A stretch of DNA of 64,000 nt from Myxococcota bacterium (GTDB lineage Bacteria > Myxococcota_A > UBA796 > SXON01): positions 128,001 through 192,000 of the forward strand of contig JAZKFH010000042.1 in assembly GCA_040386535.1 (NCBI GenBank). The letters run 5' to 3'. Both the position numbers and the translations under genes were made by a program. The first letter of the stretch is position 1, and every line of letters begins with the position of its first letter. This document shows positions 1 to 9,758 of this stretch, one piece after another. Below the pieces are notes generated by a model, which saw nothing but the letters and a program-made list of their open reading frames with translations, did no database searches and was not told where the DNA came from.

Positions 1-465
1 CCAGGTGTCGTCCGTCGCGTAGAAGGCGCCGCCGCCCACGGTGTTGAGCGAGTCGAGCGGCCAGAAGTCGAGGAGGTAGACGTCGTCGCCCCGATACATC
101 CGCGAGCCCGCCCACACGCCGAGGCCGGCCACGCCCACGTCGTCGGCCTGGACGTAGAGGTTGCGGATGGCGAGCGTCGCGTCGAACGTGCCGTCGTAGT
201 GGAAGAGCGGCCCGGCGAGGGCGGGCGTGACGAGGATGCGGAAGGTCGGCGCTCCGGACTCCGCGTCGGGCGTGACCTTCCAGCCGAGGTCCAACTCCAG
301 GTACGGATCCTGCTCGAGCCGGCTGCCGTGGGCCACGAGGTTGGTCGGATCCCCCTGGCCGCCGGTCGTGTCGGTGCTGACCTGCACGCGGCCGTAGGAG
401 CCGAGGATCACTTCTGTTTCGGCGGCTGATACAAGTGATACAACCGAGATGAGCGAGACGATCAT
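1..465 (-). CDS. Carbohydrate porin (LamB/maltoporin family), 3' end outside window
   Basis: Not in ORF track; translated by hand: MIVSLISVVSLVSAAETEVILGSYGRV...RLEQDPYLELDLGW...LAIRNLYVQA...VWAGSRMYRGDDVYLLDFWPLDSLNTVGGG, resembling LamB [21 protein letters not shown]. ATG (463-465) overlaps the amylase TGA (ATGA). Confidence 0.8.
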   Translation of the reverse strand, partial: MIVSLISVVSLVSAAETEVILGSYGRVQVSTDTTGGQGDPTNLVAHGSRLEQDPYLELDLGWKVTPDAESGAPTFRILVTPALAGPLFHYDGTFDATLAIRNLYVQADDVGVAGLGVWAGSRMYRGDDVYLLDFWPLDSLNTVGGGAFYATDDTW

Positions 466-2888
466 TCGGGCACCAGCACGCGCGAGCCGTACGCGGGGAC
501 ATCGATGGACAGGGAGTCTCCCACGGTCTGGAACACGGTGCCGGTGAGGACGTCGCGATACGCGCCCTCCGGCAGGCCGGCGAACGCGACGCCGTTGCTG
601 ACGGTGCGCGCAGCGTCGGAGCGGTTGAGAAGGACGAGGACCCCGTCTCGACCACCACGCGGGTCGTCGGTCGCGCGGGCGTAGGCGTAGAAGTCCGGCT
701 CGCCGCCCCACCACTCGGTGCGGGTGCCACGTGAGAACGCGGGGTGGTCGCGACGCGCCTGGCCGAGCGCCATCACGTGGGCCAACACCATCGCCTCGTC
801 CGCGGAGAGGTCGGCGCCGAACCGCATGGGCTGGCGGTTGTCGGGGTCGTTGAAGCCGGGGAGGCCGATCTCGTCGCCGTAGTAGACGAGCGGAAGGCCC
901 TCACTGGTGAGCAGGAAGGTCCACGCGAGGTTGAGCCGCTGGTAGGGCTCCGACCAGTCCGGCGGGGTGTCGACGCCGCGGAGCGAGCCGTCGCCGCCGC
1001 ACGCCGAGTCTCCGTACAACGAGCTGATCTCGCCAGTGGCCTGGGGGATGAACCGCGCCACGTCATGGTTGCCCAGGAACGTGCTCATCAGGTGCCCGCC
1101 GAACGCGGCCTCGGAGTCGGCGAAGGTGTCCTGGAGCGAGCCCTCCCCGTTGGAGAGCCCGATCTCGTCGCGCGCGAACGCCGCCACGATCGCCCAGTAC
1201 ACGGGGAAGTCGAACTGCCCGTCGAGCTCGCGATCGTTCACGTAGGACAGGATGAGATCACGGTCGCCCGAGTAGGTCTCGCCGACGGTGTAGAAGTCCT
1301 CGGCGTGCTCGAGCTCGTTCCGCGCGCGGCTGGCGAAGTTGTAGAAGACGCTGTGCGGCATGTGCTTCACCGCGTCGACCCGGTAGCCGTCGAACTCGTA
1401 CTCCTTGGCCCACACCATCGCGTCGTCCACCATCTGGACGAGCGGCTCGGCCTCGTAGTAGCGGATGTCGGGGAGGAAGCTGTCGAACCAGCAGGTCTCG
1501 GGGATGTCGTTCCAGTTGTCCGCGTCCCCGCAGAGCGCCTGGTGGGTGAACCACTCGGGGTGCTCGGCGTAGTACGGGTGGTCGGAGTGGACGTGGTTGC
1601 CGACCCAGTCGGTGAGCACGCGCATGCCGCGGGCGTGGGCCTCGTCCACCAGGCGGCGGAGCAGCGCGGCGTCTCCGAAGTGCTCCTCGGTGCCGAACGC
1701 GTCCGACGGCCAGTAGCCGTGGTAGCCGGAGTACGATGTGTTGCAGGTGGTGCCCCACGCCCCCGCCGCGTTGTCTTGCGGGGCCGTTAGCCAGAGCACG
1801 GTGACGCCGAGATCGTCGAGGTAGTCGAGCTTGTCGATCACCCCCTGCCAGTCCCCGCCGACGTAGTCCGTGCTCTCGGTGGAGGTGGCCTCGGATGTAT
1901 CACGGGATGTGTCACCGTTCGCGAACCGGTCGACGAACACGTAGTACATGAGGCCACCGGCCCAGTCGCGATCGTCGAGCCACACGGGGACGTAGAGCTG
2001 CTCCGCGCTGCGCCCGAACGAGTCGGTCACGTCGAACCGCAGCGTGTGTCGCCCGTCGCTCAATGTGTCACTGGTGAACCGGAACCGCTCGCCGTCCCAT
2101 GCGTCGATGGCCTCGCCGTCCAGGGTGGCGGTCACGCTGGCGATGTCCCCGGTGACCGCGACCTCGATGCCGATCGTGTCCGCATCGCGGTCGACCGCGA
2201 TGCCCGTGACCTCCATCGTCGGCAACGAACAGTCCGCCACCACGACGAGGCTGTTGCACGCGTTGGCCCCGAGCGGGCAGGTGGGATCCCACGTATACCC
2301 CTCGTCACACTGGGCGAAGTCGCCCTCCGGGTCACACGCCCAGGACTCGGTGCCCGCCGTGTAGTCGGCCTCGACGAACTTGTAGGCGTAGGTGCCCGGC
2401 GCGAGGTCGACGCTGACGGTCCACTCGCTGCCGGACGCGGTCATCGGCGTCTCGGAGGGGCTCCACTCGTTGAACGCGCCCGCCACGAACACCTGGTCGG
2501 CGTCGCCGCGGGCCGTGTAGGTGAACGTGGTGGCGCACGTGGTCGCCGAGCCGCCCACGAGCACGGGGACCTCGGTGGTGGCGGCGTTTCCGCACGCGTC
2601 GGTCGCCGTGAGCGTGAGGCTGGTCTCCCCCGAGAAGCCGCTCTCCGGCACGAGCACCAGCTCGCTCCCGTCCAGATCGACGAGGAGGCCGTCGGCCGCC
2701 TCGAAGGTGAACGTCGGCACGCCATCGTCATCGTCGACCACGAGCGCCGCGAGCTCGAGCGTGATCCGCTCGTCCTCCCCCACCACGAGGGGATCGGGGC
2801 CAGTCCACATCGGCGCATCGCGCCCGCAGCAGGCCGGAAGGAGCAGGAGGAGGGGGAAGGATGCCCGCATGGGGCGACGGTATCTCAT
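462..2888 (-). CDS. GH13 alpha-amylase family lipoprotein with CBM48/E-set-like module
   Basis: FVDRFANGD, GGDWQGVIDKLDYL, YHGYW, DWVGNH, GYRVDAVKH (nucleophile Asp), VGE, FLGNHD, YYGDEIG; VFVAGAFNEW glycogen-binding module; lipobox-like LLLLLPAC. Confidence 0.92.
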   Translation of the reverse strand: MRYRRPMRASFPLLLLLPACCGRDAPMWTGPDPLVVGEDERITLELAALVVDDDDGVPTFTFEAADGLLVDLDGSELVLVPESGFSGETSLTLTATDACGNAATTEVPVLVGGSATTCATTFTYTARGDADQVFVAGAFNEWSPSETPMTASGSEWTVSVDLAPGTYAYKFVEADYTAGTESWACDPEGDFAQCDEGYTWDPTCPLGANACNSLVVVADCSLPTMEVTGIAVDRDADTIGIEVAVTGDIASVTATLDGEAIDAWDGERFRFTSDTLSDGRHTLRFDVTDSFGRSAEQLYVPVWLDDRDWAGGLMYYVFVDRFANGDTSRDTSEATSTESTDYVGGDWQGVIDKLDYLDDLGVTVLWLTAPQDNAAGAWGTTCNTSYSGYHGYWPSDAFGTEEHFGDAALLRRLVDEAHARGMRVLTDWVGNHVHSDHPYYAEHPEWFTHQALCGDADNWNDIPETCWFDSFLPDIRYYEAEPLVQMVDDAMVWAKEYEFDGYRVDAVKHMPHSVFYNFASRARNELEHAEDFYTVGETYSGDRDLILSYVNDRELDGQFDFPVYWAIVAAFARDEIGLSNGEGSLQDTFADSEAAFGGHLMSTFLGNHDVARFIPQATGEISSLYGDSACGGDGSLRGVDTPPDWSEPYQRLNLAWTFLLTSEGLPLVYYGDEIGLPGFNDPDNRQPMRFGADLSADEAMVLAHVMALGQARRDHPAFSRGTRTEWWGGEPDFYAYARATDDPRGGRDGVLVLLNRSDAARTVSNGVAFAGLPEGAYRDVLTGTVFQTVGDSLSIDVPAYGSRVLVPE

Positions 2889-2936
2889 CTGGAGGGCCAG
2901 CGCGCGGGGCTATACGGGCGGGAGAGGTTTGCCGGA

Positions 2937-3806
2937 ATGGTCGTCCTGTTGATCCTGGGGTTCGCGTGCGGCCCCCGCGTGCCGCCGACGGTGTCGACGG
3001 ACCCGCAGATGACCGTCTCGCTGCTCCCGGAGGCGCTCCGTGGCCTCTCCGGCATCACCGTGGACGAGACCGGGCGGCTCTGGGCGGTCACGGAGCGCAC
3101 CGCCGCGCTGGTGCCGCTGCGGCTCGACGGGAGCCGCGTCGTGGAGGACGGCGCGCCGATCCCGGTCGCCGGGTGGCGCGCGGACACGGACGCCGAGTCG
3201 ATCGCGTGGGTGGGGCCCGGTCGGTTCGTGCTGGGCGCCGAGCCGCGGTGGGCCGGTGAACGCGACACCGACGCCGTCGTAGAGGTGACGGTGACCGGCG
3301 GGGCGGCCGCCGTGACGGGCACGCGGACGGTGGCGTACGCGCCGTTCGGGGTGCGCGCGGAGGCCAACCGGGGCCTGGAGGGCCTCGCGAGCACGCCCGA
3401 CGCGGTCGTGGCCGCGGCGGAGACGGTGGTGGCGACCGCGGCCGGGCGGGACACCCCGTTGTGGCGGCTGGCGCCCGACGGCACCGTGACGACGGCGCGG
3501 CTGCGCCTCACCAGCGAGACCGGCAAGGTGTCGGACCTCGCGGCGCGGGACGAGGGCGGGGTGACCCATCTGCTCGCGATCGAGCGCCACTATTCGGTGT
3601 CGCGGCTGGTGGCGGCGGATGTGACCTGGGGGAGCCCGGAGGCCACGCCGGCAACGGTCGTGCGGGACCTCGCGGCCGTGCTCACGCCGGTGCCGAACCT
3701 GGAGGGCATCGTGTGGCTCGCGGACGGGCGCGTGGTGCTGCTCGCGGACAACGACAGCGGCGGGCAGGCGGGGCCGGTCGTCGCGGTGGTGATCGCGGGG
3801 TTGTGA
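2937..3806 (+). CDS. Secreted beta-propeller lipoprotein (esterase-like phytase / SdiA-regulated-like)
   Basis: ATG 2937 with lipobox LILGFAC; repeated GLSGIT, DAESIA, NRGLEGLA, PNLEGIV...LADND motifs. Confidence 0.65.
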   Translation: MVVLLILGFACGPRVPPTVSTDPQMTVSLLPEALRGLSGITVDETGRLWAVTERTAALVPLRLDGSRVVEDGAPIPVAGWRADTDAESIAWVGPGRFVLGAEPRWAGERDTDAVVEVTVTGGAAAVTGTRTVAYAPFGVRAEANRGLEGLASTPDAVVAAAETVVATAAGRDTPLWRLAPDGTVTTARLRLTSETGKVSDLAARDEGGVTHLLAIERHYSVSRLVAADVTWGSPEATPATVVRDLAAVLTPVPNLEGIVWLADGRVVLLADNDSGGQAGPVVAVVIAGL

Positions 3807-3819
3807 GCCCGCGGGCGCC

Positions 3820-4788
3820 TCAGCTGCTCCAGGCCGCGAGCACGCGCGCCAGCTCGTCCGCCGCGTCGCCGAACTCCGGGTTGGGCCCGCGCAACGAGGG
3901 CGGGTACAGCGGCAAGACGGCCCCGCGCACGAGCGGCGCGAGCCTGCCCATCGTGTCCCGGCCGAGCGGCAACGGCAGGAGGTTCACGGGCGCGTCGGTG
4001 CGGTGGAGAGCCTCCGTGGCGTGGTCTTCGGAGGCCGCGACCTGGGCGTGGGGCAGGAACAGGCGGTGGCAGGCGTGGAAGAGGCGGGGGAACGCGGCCG
4101 CCATGTGGGCGGGGAGCGTGTCCCCTGTGAGCCCGATGGTGCGCACCACGCCGAGCAGGGGGATCGCGGTGTGGGAGGCCCCCGGAAGGTCGCGGAACTC
4201 GGGCTGCGAGTACGGGACGCGGGTGGGATCCATCACCTTGAACCCGGAGCGGCCGTACGCGAGCAGGCGCACGACAGCCTCGGGCTCGCTCGGGTTCACG
4301 GGCTCCATCTCGGCCACCACGAGGGTCGGGAGCGGGCGGCCGACCCGCTCGGCCACCACGCGCCGCGCGAAGGTGACCGGCACGGCGCGGAACGCGGCCG
4401 CGAGCCCGGACCGGCGGTGCGAGGGCGCCACGTAGGAGTGGGAGAGCGCTACGACGCAGATACCGCGCTCGTGATCGATGTCGACATAACAGTCGCGCAC
4501 GCCGACGAGCTGGCTCCCCTCCCAGGCGCCCACGAGGTGGTAAACGCCTTCGAGCCCGTTCCCGAAGGGGAGCACGCGGTCGCGCACGAAGCCGGCCAGG
4601 GCGGCCTTGTCCTCCAGCTCGCCCCGCGCGAGGAAGAAGCCGGCGAGCAGCTCGTAGGCGGCCTCGAACTCGGGGCCGTCGGGATCGCGCACCTCGGCGA
4701 TCCGCACATGGCTCAAGGCGGCGCTGGCCTTTTCGCGGTCGAGCGGCGCGACGTCGGCGAGATCGAGCAGGGGTTCGGACGAGGTCAA
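3820..4788 (-). CDS. GNAT-like acyltransferase / hypothetical protein
   Basis: Probable TTG start at 4788; LSHSYVAPSHRRSGLA resembles GNAT motif A; VVAEMEP...LLAYGRSGF resembles motif B. Confidence 0.55.
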   Translation of the reverse strand: MTSSEPLLDLADVAPLDREKASAALSHVRIAEVRDPDGPEFEAAYELLAGFFLARGELEDKAALAGFVRDRVLPFGNGLEGVYHLVGAWEGSQLVGVRDCYVDIDHERGICVVALSHSYVAPSHRRSGLAAAFRAVPVTFARRVVAERVGRPLPTLVVAEMEPVNPSEPEAVVRLLAYGRSGFKVMDPTRVPYSQPEFRDLPGASHTAIPLLGVVRTIGLTGDTLPAHMAAAFPRLFHACHRLFLPHAQVAASEDHATEALHRTDAPVNLLPLPLGRDTMGRLAPLVRGAVLPLYPPSLRGPNPEFGDAADELARVLAAWSS

Positions 4789-5005
4789 TCGTGCTCCGGG
4801 CGCGCCAAGGTACCGCGGGGGCGTGAGGGGTGCGGAGGGCGCGTGGGCGCGGAGCGACCGCGCGGTTCGGCGCCCCCCGGCGCGGAGCGGCGGGGCCGCG
4901 CCAACGGAGGGCCTTCGGCCCGACCCCGCAGCGGCCCGTCCCCGGCGCCTCGCCGGGGACACGCCCTGAAGGCGAACGCGCGCCCTTCGTGACACACTCC
5001 CCGCC

Positions 5006-5788
5006 ATGTCGCCTTCCGTCCGCCGTCGGGTCTCGTTCGCCGCATGGTCCACCCTCTTTCTCGGCGGCATGGGCGTCGCGGTCGGCATCGCGGTGGCGTT
5101 CCCGGAGGGGGTGCTGCTCAACCCGGTGGGCCTGGGGCTCGTGGGCGCGATCGCGACCGCCCCGTCGATCGTGTGGGCGTTCCGATACGGGCCGAAGCCC
5201 GGGTGGGGGCTGCTCCTGGTCCTCGTCGGCGTACTCATGTGGCCGGGCGTGGCCTGGCGCGCCCTGTGGGCCCGATCCGGCACCGACCTCGCCTACGCGG
5301 CCTGGTACGAGGAGGTCGCGGCCGGGCTGGAGACCGTCACGTCGCGGAGGGTGCTCGGCATGCAGGTGTCGGAGGAGCGGACGACGGGCCTGACCTTCGA
5401 GGTCGAGAACGACCTCCGCGCCGCGGCGATGATCCCGTTGGCGCTCTCGCTGCTTCCCCTCGCCTCGCGCCGGTGCCACGTATGCGGCGGTGGGGGCACC
5501 ACGCGCCTGATCGGCACCCTGGACTGGCCGTTCACCCTGCCTGGGAACGTCGCCGAGGCTGCCCGCGGCACCTTCGACGCATGGCGTGCCGACCCGTCGG
5601 CGCCCTTCTCGAACGCCACGACCGCGCCCACCCGGCTGATGTTGCTCTCGATGCGCTGCAACGCGTGTGAATCGGCGTCCGTCCAGATCTCCCCGATCCT
5701 GGCCGGGCGCGGCCTCAAGGCCCTCGAAGCCGTGCCGGTCTCCCCCGAGGCGCTCGTCGCGCTGCAGGCACGCGCGGGAGCCGCGTGA
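5006..5788 (+). CDS. Hypothetical membrane protein with C-terminal CxxC...CxxC zinc ribbon
   Basis: Several hydrophobic segments; CHVC and CNAC pairs. Confidence 0.55.
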   Translation: MSPSVRRRVSFAAWSTLFLGGMGVAVGIAVAFPEGVLLNPVGLGLVGAIATAPSIVWAFRYGPKPGWGLLLVLVGVLMWPGVAWRALWARSGTDLAYAAWYEEVAAGLETVTSRRVLGMQVSEERTTGLTFEVENDLRAAAMIPLALSLLPLASRRCHVCGGGGTTRLIGTLDWPFTLPGNVAEAARGTFDAWRADPSAPFSNATTAPTRLMLLSMRCNACESASVQISPILAGRGLKALEAVPVSPEALVALQARAGAA

Positions 5789-5815
5789 ACCGCGCCGAGC
5801 GTGCTACCTTCGACG

Positions 5816-6196
5816 ATGCCCCTGGACCGCACCACCGCCCTCGGCACCCACCTCCTGGTGGAGCTCTACGAGTGTGACGTCGCGGCCCTCGACGACGTGG
5901 CCGGGATCGAGGCCGCGATGGTCGAGGCCGCGCTGGCCGGCGGCGCCACGATCGTCGATCGCCGCTTCCATCGCTTCGCGCCGCACGGAGTGTCGGGCGT
6001 CGTCGTGATCGCCGAGTCGCACCTGACGATCCACACGTGGCCGGAGCACGCCTACGCCGCGGTCGACGTGTTCACGTGCGGGTCGAGCGTCGACACGGAG
6101 GCGTGCGCCCGCTTCCTCTGCGAGCGGCTCGGGAGCCGGCGACACAGCATGGTGTCGCTCGACCGTGGCCCCCTCGCCCTCTTGCGTCGGGCGTAG
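5816..6196 (+). CDS. speD: S-adenosylmethionine decarboxylase proenzyme
   Basis: GTHLLVELYEC, FAPHGVSGVVVIAESHLTIHTWPEH (E-S pyruvoyl cleavage site), AVDVFTCG. Confidence 0.93.
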   Translation: MPLDRTTALGTHLLVELYECDVAALDDVAGIEAAMVEAALAGGATIVDRRFHRFAPHGVSGVVVIAESHLTIHTWPEHAYAAVDVFTCGSSVDTEACARFLCERLGSRRHSMVSLDRGPLALLRRA

Positions 6197-6199
6197 GCC

Positions 6200-7474
6200 G
6201 TGCGGCCCGGCGACTTCGACGACAACGTGTCGTTCTGGGCGGCCACGGCGCCGCCCGACACCCCCTGCGATCCGCTGCGCGGCGAGATCGTGGCGGACGT
6301 GGCGATCATCGGCGGCGGGTTCACCGGCACCTCGACGGCGCGCGAGCTCCTGCTGCGTCGCCCCGACCTCGGCGTGGTGCTGCTCGAGGCGCGCACGGTC
6401 GGCAACGGCGCAAGCGGGCGCAACGGCGGGCAGGTCCTCAACTGGATCAACGGCATCGGCAGCGACGACCCGGTCCTGACGCGCCGCGTGTGGGACGCGA
6501 CGCACCACGGCATCGAGCGCGTGCTGGAGCGGGCGCGCCGCGGCAATGTCCGGTGGTCCCGCCACGGCGCGCTCGACCTGTACACCGATGCCCGCCGCGC
6601 CGAACGCGCCCACGCGCACGCCGAGCGGCTCAACACGTTGGGGATCCCGGTCCGCTACGTCTCCGGCGCCGAGCTGCGTGGGTTGTGTGGCGCCGAGGGC
6701 GTGGCGGGCGGCATTCTGGACCCCACCGCGGGCGTGCTCGCGGGCGTGGACCTTTTGCGTGCCACCAAGTCGGAGCTGCTCGCGGCCGGCGCGCGCATCT
6801 ACGAGGGCACGCCGGTCACCCGGGTGCACGAGGGCGATGTCATCACGCTCGACACCCCGCACGGCGTCGTCAAGGCGAGATCGCTCGTGCTCGCGACGAA
6901 CGGGTACACCCACCTGCTCGGCTATTTTCGTGGCGGCGTGTTCCCGCTGCTCTCTCACGTCGTGTCGGTGCCGATGGCGGCCGACGCTTGGGGCGGCGCG
7001 GGCAGCTTCTCCGACGACATGGACCGCATCAGCTACGGCGCCCACCTCGACGGCCAGCTGATCTTCGGCGGGGGAAGCAACGCGTCGTACGCCTACAAGT
7101 ACGGTGGGCGCACGGGCGGCGACCTGGGCCGGGCCGCCGACAGCGCCGTGCGTGCCAAGCTCGGCCGCTACTTCCCCGGCGCGGTCGCACCCTCCCACAC
7201 GTGGACCGGCGTGCTCGGCATCACCCTCTCGCGGCGGCCCTCGATTGGGCGGCGCGGCAACGTGTATTGGGGCCTGGGCTACTCGGGGCACGGCGTGACG
7301 CTCGCGAACCTCGCGGGGGAGATCCTCGCGGATCTGTACACGGGCGACGCCGCGAAGTGGGCCGACCTCCCCATCGTGGACGCGGCGCTGGGGTGGATCC
7401 CGCCGGATCCGTTCCGTTGGGTGGGGTACCACGCGTATACGGCGATGACGGGGCGGAGTCCGCGGAGGGGGTAG
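6200..7474 (+). CDS. FAD-dependent oxidoreductase, DAO / PuuB (gamma-glutamylputrescine oxidase)-like
   Basis: DVAIIGGGFTG, GASGRNGG, LATNGYT, GYSGHGV; begins 3 nt after speD. Confidence 0.85.
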   Translation: MRPGDFDDNVSFWAATAPPDTPCDPLRGEIVADVAIIGGGFTGTSTARELLLRRPDLGVVLLEARTVGNGASGRNGGQVLNWINGIGSDDPVLTRRVWDATHHGIERVLERARRGNVRWSRHGALDLYTDARRAERAHAHAERLNTLGIPVRYVSGAELRGLCGAEGVAGGILDPTAGVLAGVDLLRATKSELLAAGARIYEGTPVTRVHEGDVITLDTPHGVVKARSLVLATNGYTHLLGYFRGGVFPLLSHVVSVPMAADAWGGAGSFSDDMDRISYGAHLDGQLIFGGGSNASYAYKYGGRTGGDLGRAADSAVRAKLGRYFPGAVAPSHTWTGVLGITLSRRPSIGRRGNVYWGLGYSGHGVTLANLAGEILADLYTGDAAKWADLPIVDAALGWIPPDPFRWVGYHAYTAMTGRSPRRG

Positions 7475-7487
7475 GAAGGCGGGGAGT

Positions 7488-7553
7488 AGGAAGGGGAAGG
7501 GGGAGAAGCAGGAAGGGGAAGGGGGAGAAGCAGGAAGGGGAAGGGGGAGAAGC
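7488..7553 (+). repeat. 22-bp purine-rich tandem repeat x3 (AGGAAGGGGAAGGGGGAGAAGC)
   Basis: Exact copies at 7488-7509, 7510-7531 and 7532-7553, inside a purine-rich then pyrimidine-rich intergenic region. Confidence 0.9.
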
Positions 7554-7866
7554 AGGAAAGCAGGAAACTAGGAAGGCAGGAAAAAGGCAACGAAAAAGCA
7601 GGAGGGCAGGAAACAAGGAAGGCAGAGGAAGACGAGACGGAAGCTGCGGAAGGGAGGACAATCAAACGGGTCTCGCGAAACGACGTTCTTCCTATTCATC
7701 CTCTCCTCATTCCTGCTTTCCTTCATTCCTGCTTTCCTGATTCTCCGGCTTCCGGAAAAACGGGTCGAACGGAAACCTCCTTCCCATTCATCCTCTCCCA
7801 ATTCCTACATTCCTTCATTCTCAGCTTCCGGCCTCCTCCATTCCTGGAAGGAATAGAAGGAGAGAG

Positions 7867-8706
7867 TCAGACGGAGAGTTGTCGGCAAACCAACATCCCC
7901 CACCCTTCCCGCTCCCGCCCGTCCCGCACGACCATCCCCGCCGTGACACACGCCGCCTCGACGCGGGCGCGCGCGTCCACGCCGAAGCCGGAGAGCACCA
8001 GCGTGCCGCCCGGTGACACGCGGGTGGCCATCGCCGGTAGGAGGGCCAGGAGCGGCGCGAAGTAGAGGTTGGCGACGACGAGGTCGAAGGTGCCGTCGGG
8101 GAACGTGTCGACCACGGTGACGATCGCGGCCACGCCGTTGTTGTCGACGTGGCGGCGGGCGGCCCAGAGCGACAGGGGATCGATGTCCTGGGCGACGACG
8201 CGGGTGGCGCCCAGGCGGGCCGCCACGATGGCGAGGATGCCGGTGCCGGTGCCGACGTCCAGGACCGTTCCCAACGAGGGGGCGAGCCGCTCCAACGCCT
8301 CCACGCAGAGCACGGTGGTGGGGTGGAGGCCGTCGCCGAAGGCGAGGGTTGCGTCGAGGACGAGGGCGTCCCGATCCGGAGGGCCGACGCCGCCGGGCGC
8401 CACGACCACGAACCGCGCGCCGACGGGGGCCGCGGGGGGCGCCGCTTCCCAGGTGACCGGGATGTCGCGCCAGTCGCACCGTGTGTCGGGGCCGAGGCGA
8501 CGGCGAAGGGCCCGGATCGCGCGGCTGGCCGCGGGGGAGGGCGGGAGCCACGCCACGATGTGCACACGCCCGGCGGGGGCGCCGGACTCGGAATCGCGCA
8601 CCTCCAGGCCCTGGACGCCGAGGCGGTAGACGGCAGCCACCACGGGCGCCTCGCGGGCGGCGGGCGCGTCGACGGTGAGCTCACGCAGGCGCGGCGCTTG
8701 GGTCAC
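7867..8706 (-). CDS. prmA: Ribosomal protein L11 methyltransferase-like
   Basis: AFGDGLHPTT (cf. AFGTGxHxTT), VLDVGTGTGILAI, DIDP, DLVVANL, LVLSG. Confidence 0.8.
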   Translation of the reverse strand: MTQAPRLRELTVDAPAAREAPVVAAVYRLGVQGLEVRDSESGAPAGRVHIVAWLPPSPAASRAIRALRRRLGPDTRCDWRDIPVTWEAAPPAAPVGARFVVVAPGGVGPPDRDALVLDATLAFGDGLHPTTVLCVEALERLAPSLGTVLDVGTGTGILAIVAARLGATRVVAQDIDPLSLWAARRHVDNNGVAAIVTVVDTFPDGTFDLVVANLYFAPLLALLPAMATRVSPGGTLVLSGFGVDARARVEAACVTAGMVVRDGREREGWGMLVCRQLSV

Positions 8707-8740
8707 AACTCACCTCGCGGCGCCCATACCACGTTCGGAA

Positions 8741-9094
8741 TCAGCTCCGCCGCGGCGGCGCCGGCCACTCCTTGTCGATGTCCTCCTGGTTGGCGAAGCC
8801 GAGGGCCTCACGATGCACCGCGAGCTCCCAGCGCACGCGCAGCGCCTCGTTCCGCGCCTGGTCGTACCGCTCGAGGCACGCGCCCCGCTCGGCGGCCGGG
8901 CAGGTGTCGAGGGCGGCGACGGCCTTGCCGAGCGCGTCGTATGCGCCCTGCACCTTGGTAACGGCGCGGGAGTAGGACTGGGCCCGCTCCTTCGCGAGCT
9001 CGGCCAGTGTCGACCGGTGCATGTCCTCGGGGCCGCCGCGAAGCTTCGCAAACCGTTCGAGGGCGGCGAGGCCCTCTTCCCGCTTGTCCGACAT
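8741..9094 (-). CDS. Small helical hypothetical protein
   Basis: 117 aa ORF with normal composition, co-oriented with and just upstream of prmA. Confidence 0.6.
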   Translation of the reverse strand: MSDKREEGLAALERFAKLRGGPEDMHRSTLAELAKERAQSYSRAVTKVQGAYDALGKAVAALDTCPAAERGACLERYDQARNEALRVRWELAVHREALGFANQEDIDKEWPAPPRRS

Positions 9095-9176
9095 GAACGC
9101 CTCATCAGGCCCCTCTTTCTAACCGCTTGCGTGTGCCACCGGCAGGGCACATCCGTAGTCCCGGATAGAGCCCGGC

Positions 9177-9701
9177 GTGGATTTCCGGCTCGTCCTCTTC
9201 TTCGGCCTGATCGTCGGCGCCGCCGTCGCCTGGTGGGTGCCCCGCGCGCTCCGACGCCGGCGCCTCGGCCTGCGGTTCGCGCGGTCGCGGCGGCTCGAAG
9301 CGGAGGCCACCGGGATGCTCGCCGACGCCGGCTACGAGGTGCTCGCGACCCAGGTCACCGCGCCGTGCGTCGTCACGCGGGACGGCGAGGTGATCGTGGC
9401 CGACATCCGCGCCGACTACCTCGTGGCGCGCGGAGGGCGGGTGTACGTGGCGGAGGCGAAGAGCGGGCCGCGGGCGACCGACCTGCGCGAGCGGGCCACG
9501 CGTCGGCAGCTCCTGGAGTACGCGGTGACCTACGACGTCGACGGCGTGCTGCTCGTGGACACCGAGGCGGCGGAGGTGGTGCAGGTGGCCTTTCCGGCGC
9601 TCACCCGGCGCGCGCAGCGGGCGTTCTGGGCGGGGACGGGCGTGGGCGCGGCGATGGGGGCCGGGGGCGTGGCCGCGGTGTGGTGGTTCCTGCGGGGCTG
9701 A
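9177..9701 (+). CDS. Membrane-anchored PD-(D/E)xK nuclease-fold protein
   Basis: E-helix (LEAEATGML), then RADYLV...VYVAEAKSG and RQLLEY; hydrophobic segments at both termini. Confidence 0.6.
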   Translation: MDFRLVLFFGLIVGAAVAWWVPRALRRRRLGLRFARSRRLEAEATGMLADAGYEVLATQVTAPCVVTRDGEVIVADIRADYLVARGGRVYVAEAKSGPRATDLRERATRRQLLEYAVTYDVDGVLLVDTEAAEVVQVAFPALTRRAQRAFWAGTGVGAAMGAGGVAAVWWFLRG

Positions 9702-9758
9702 CGCGGGCCGTTCCAACCGTGGCGATCTCACCCCGGCGATCGCGACTACATCGATCGC

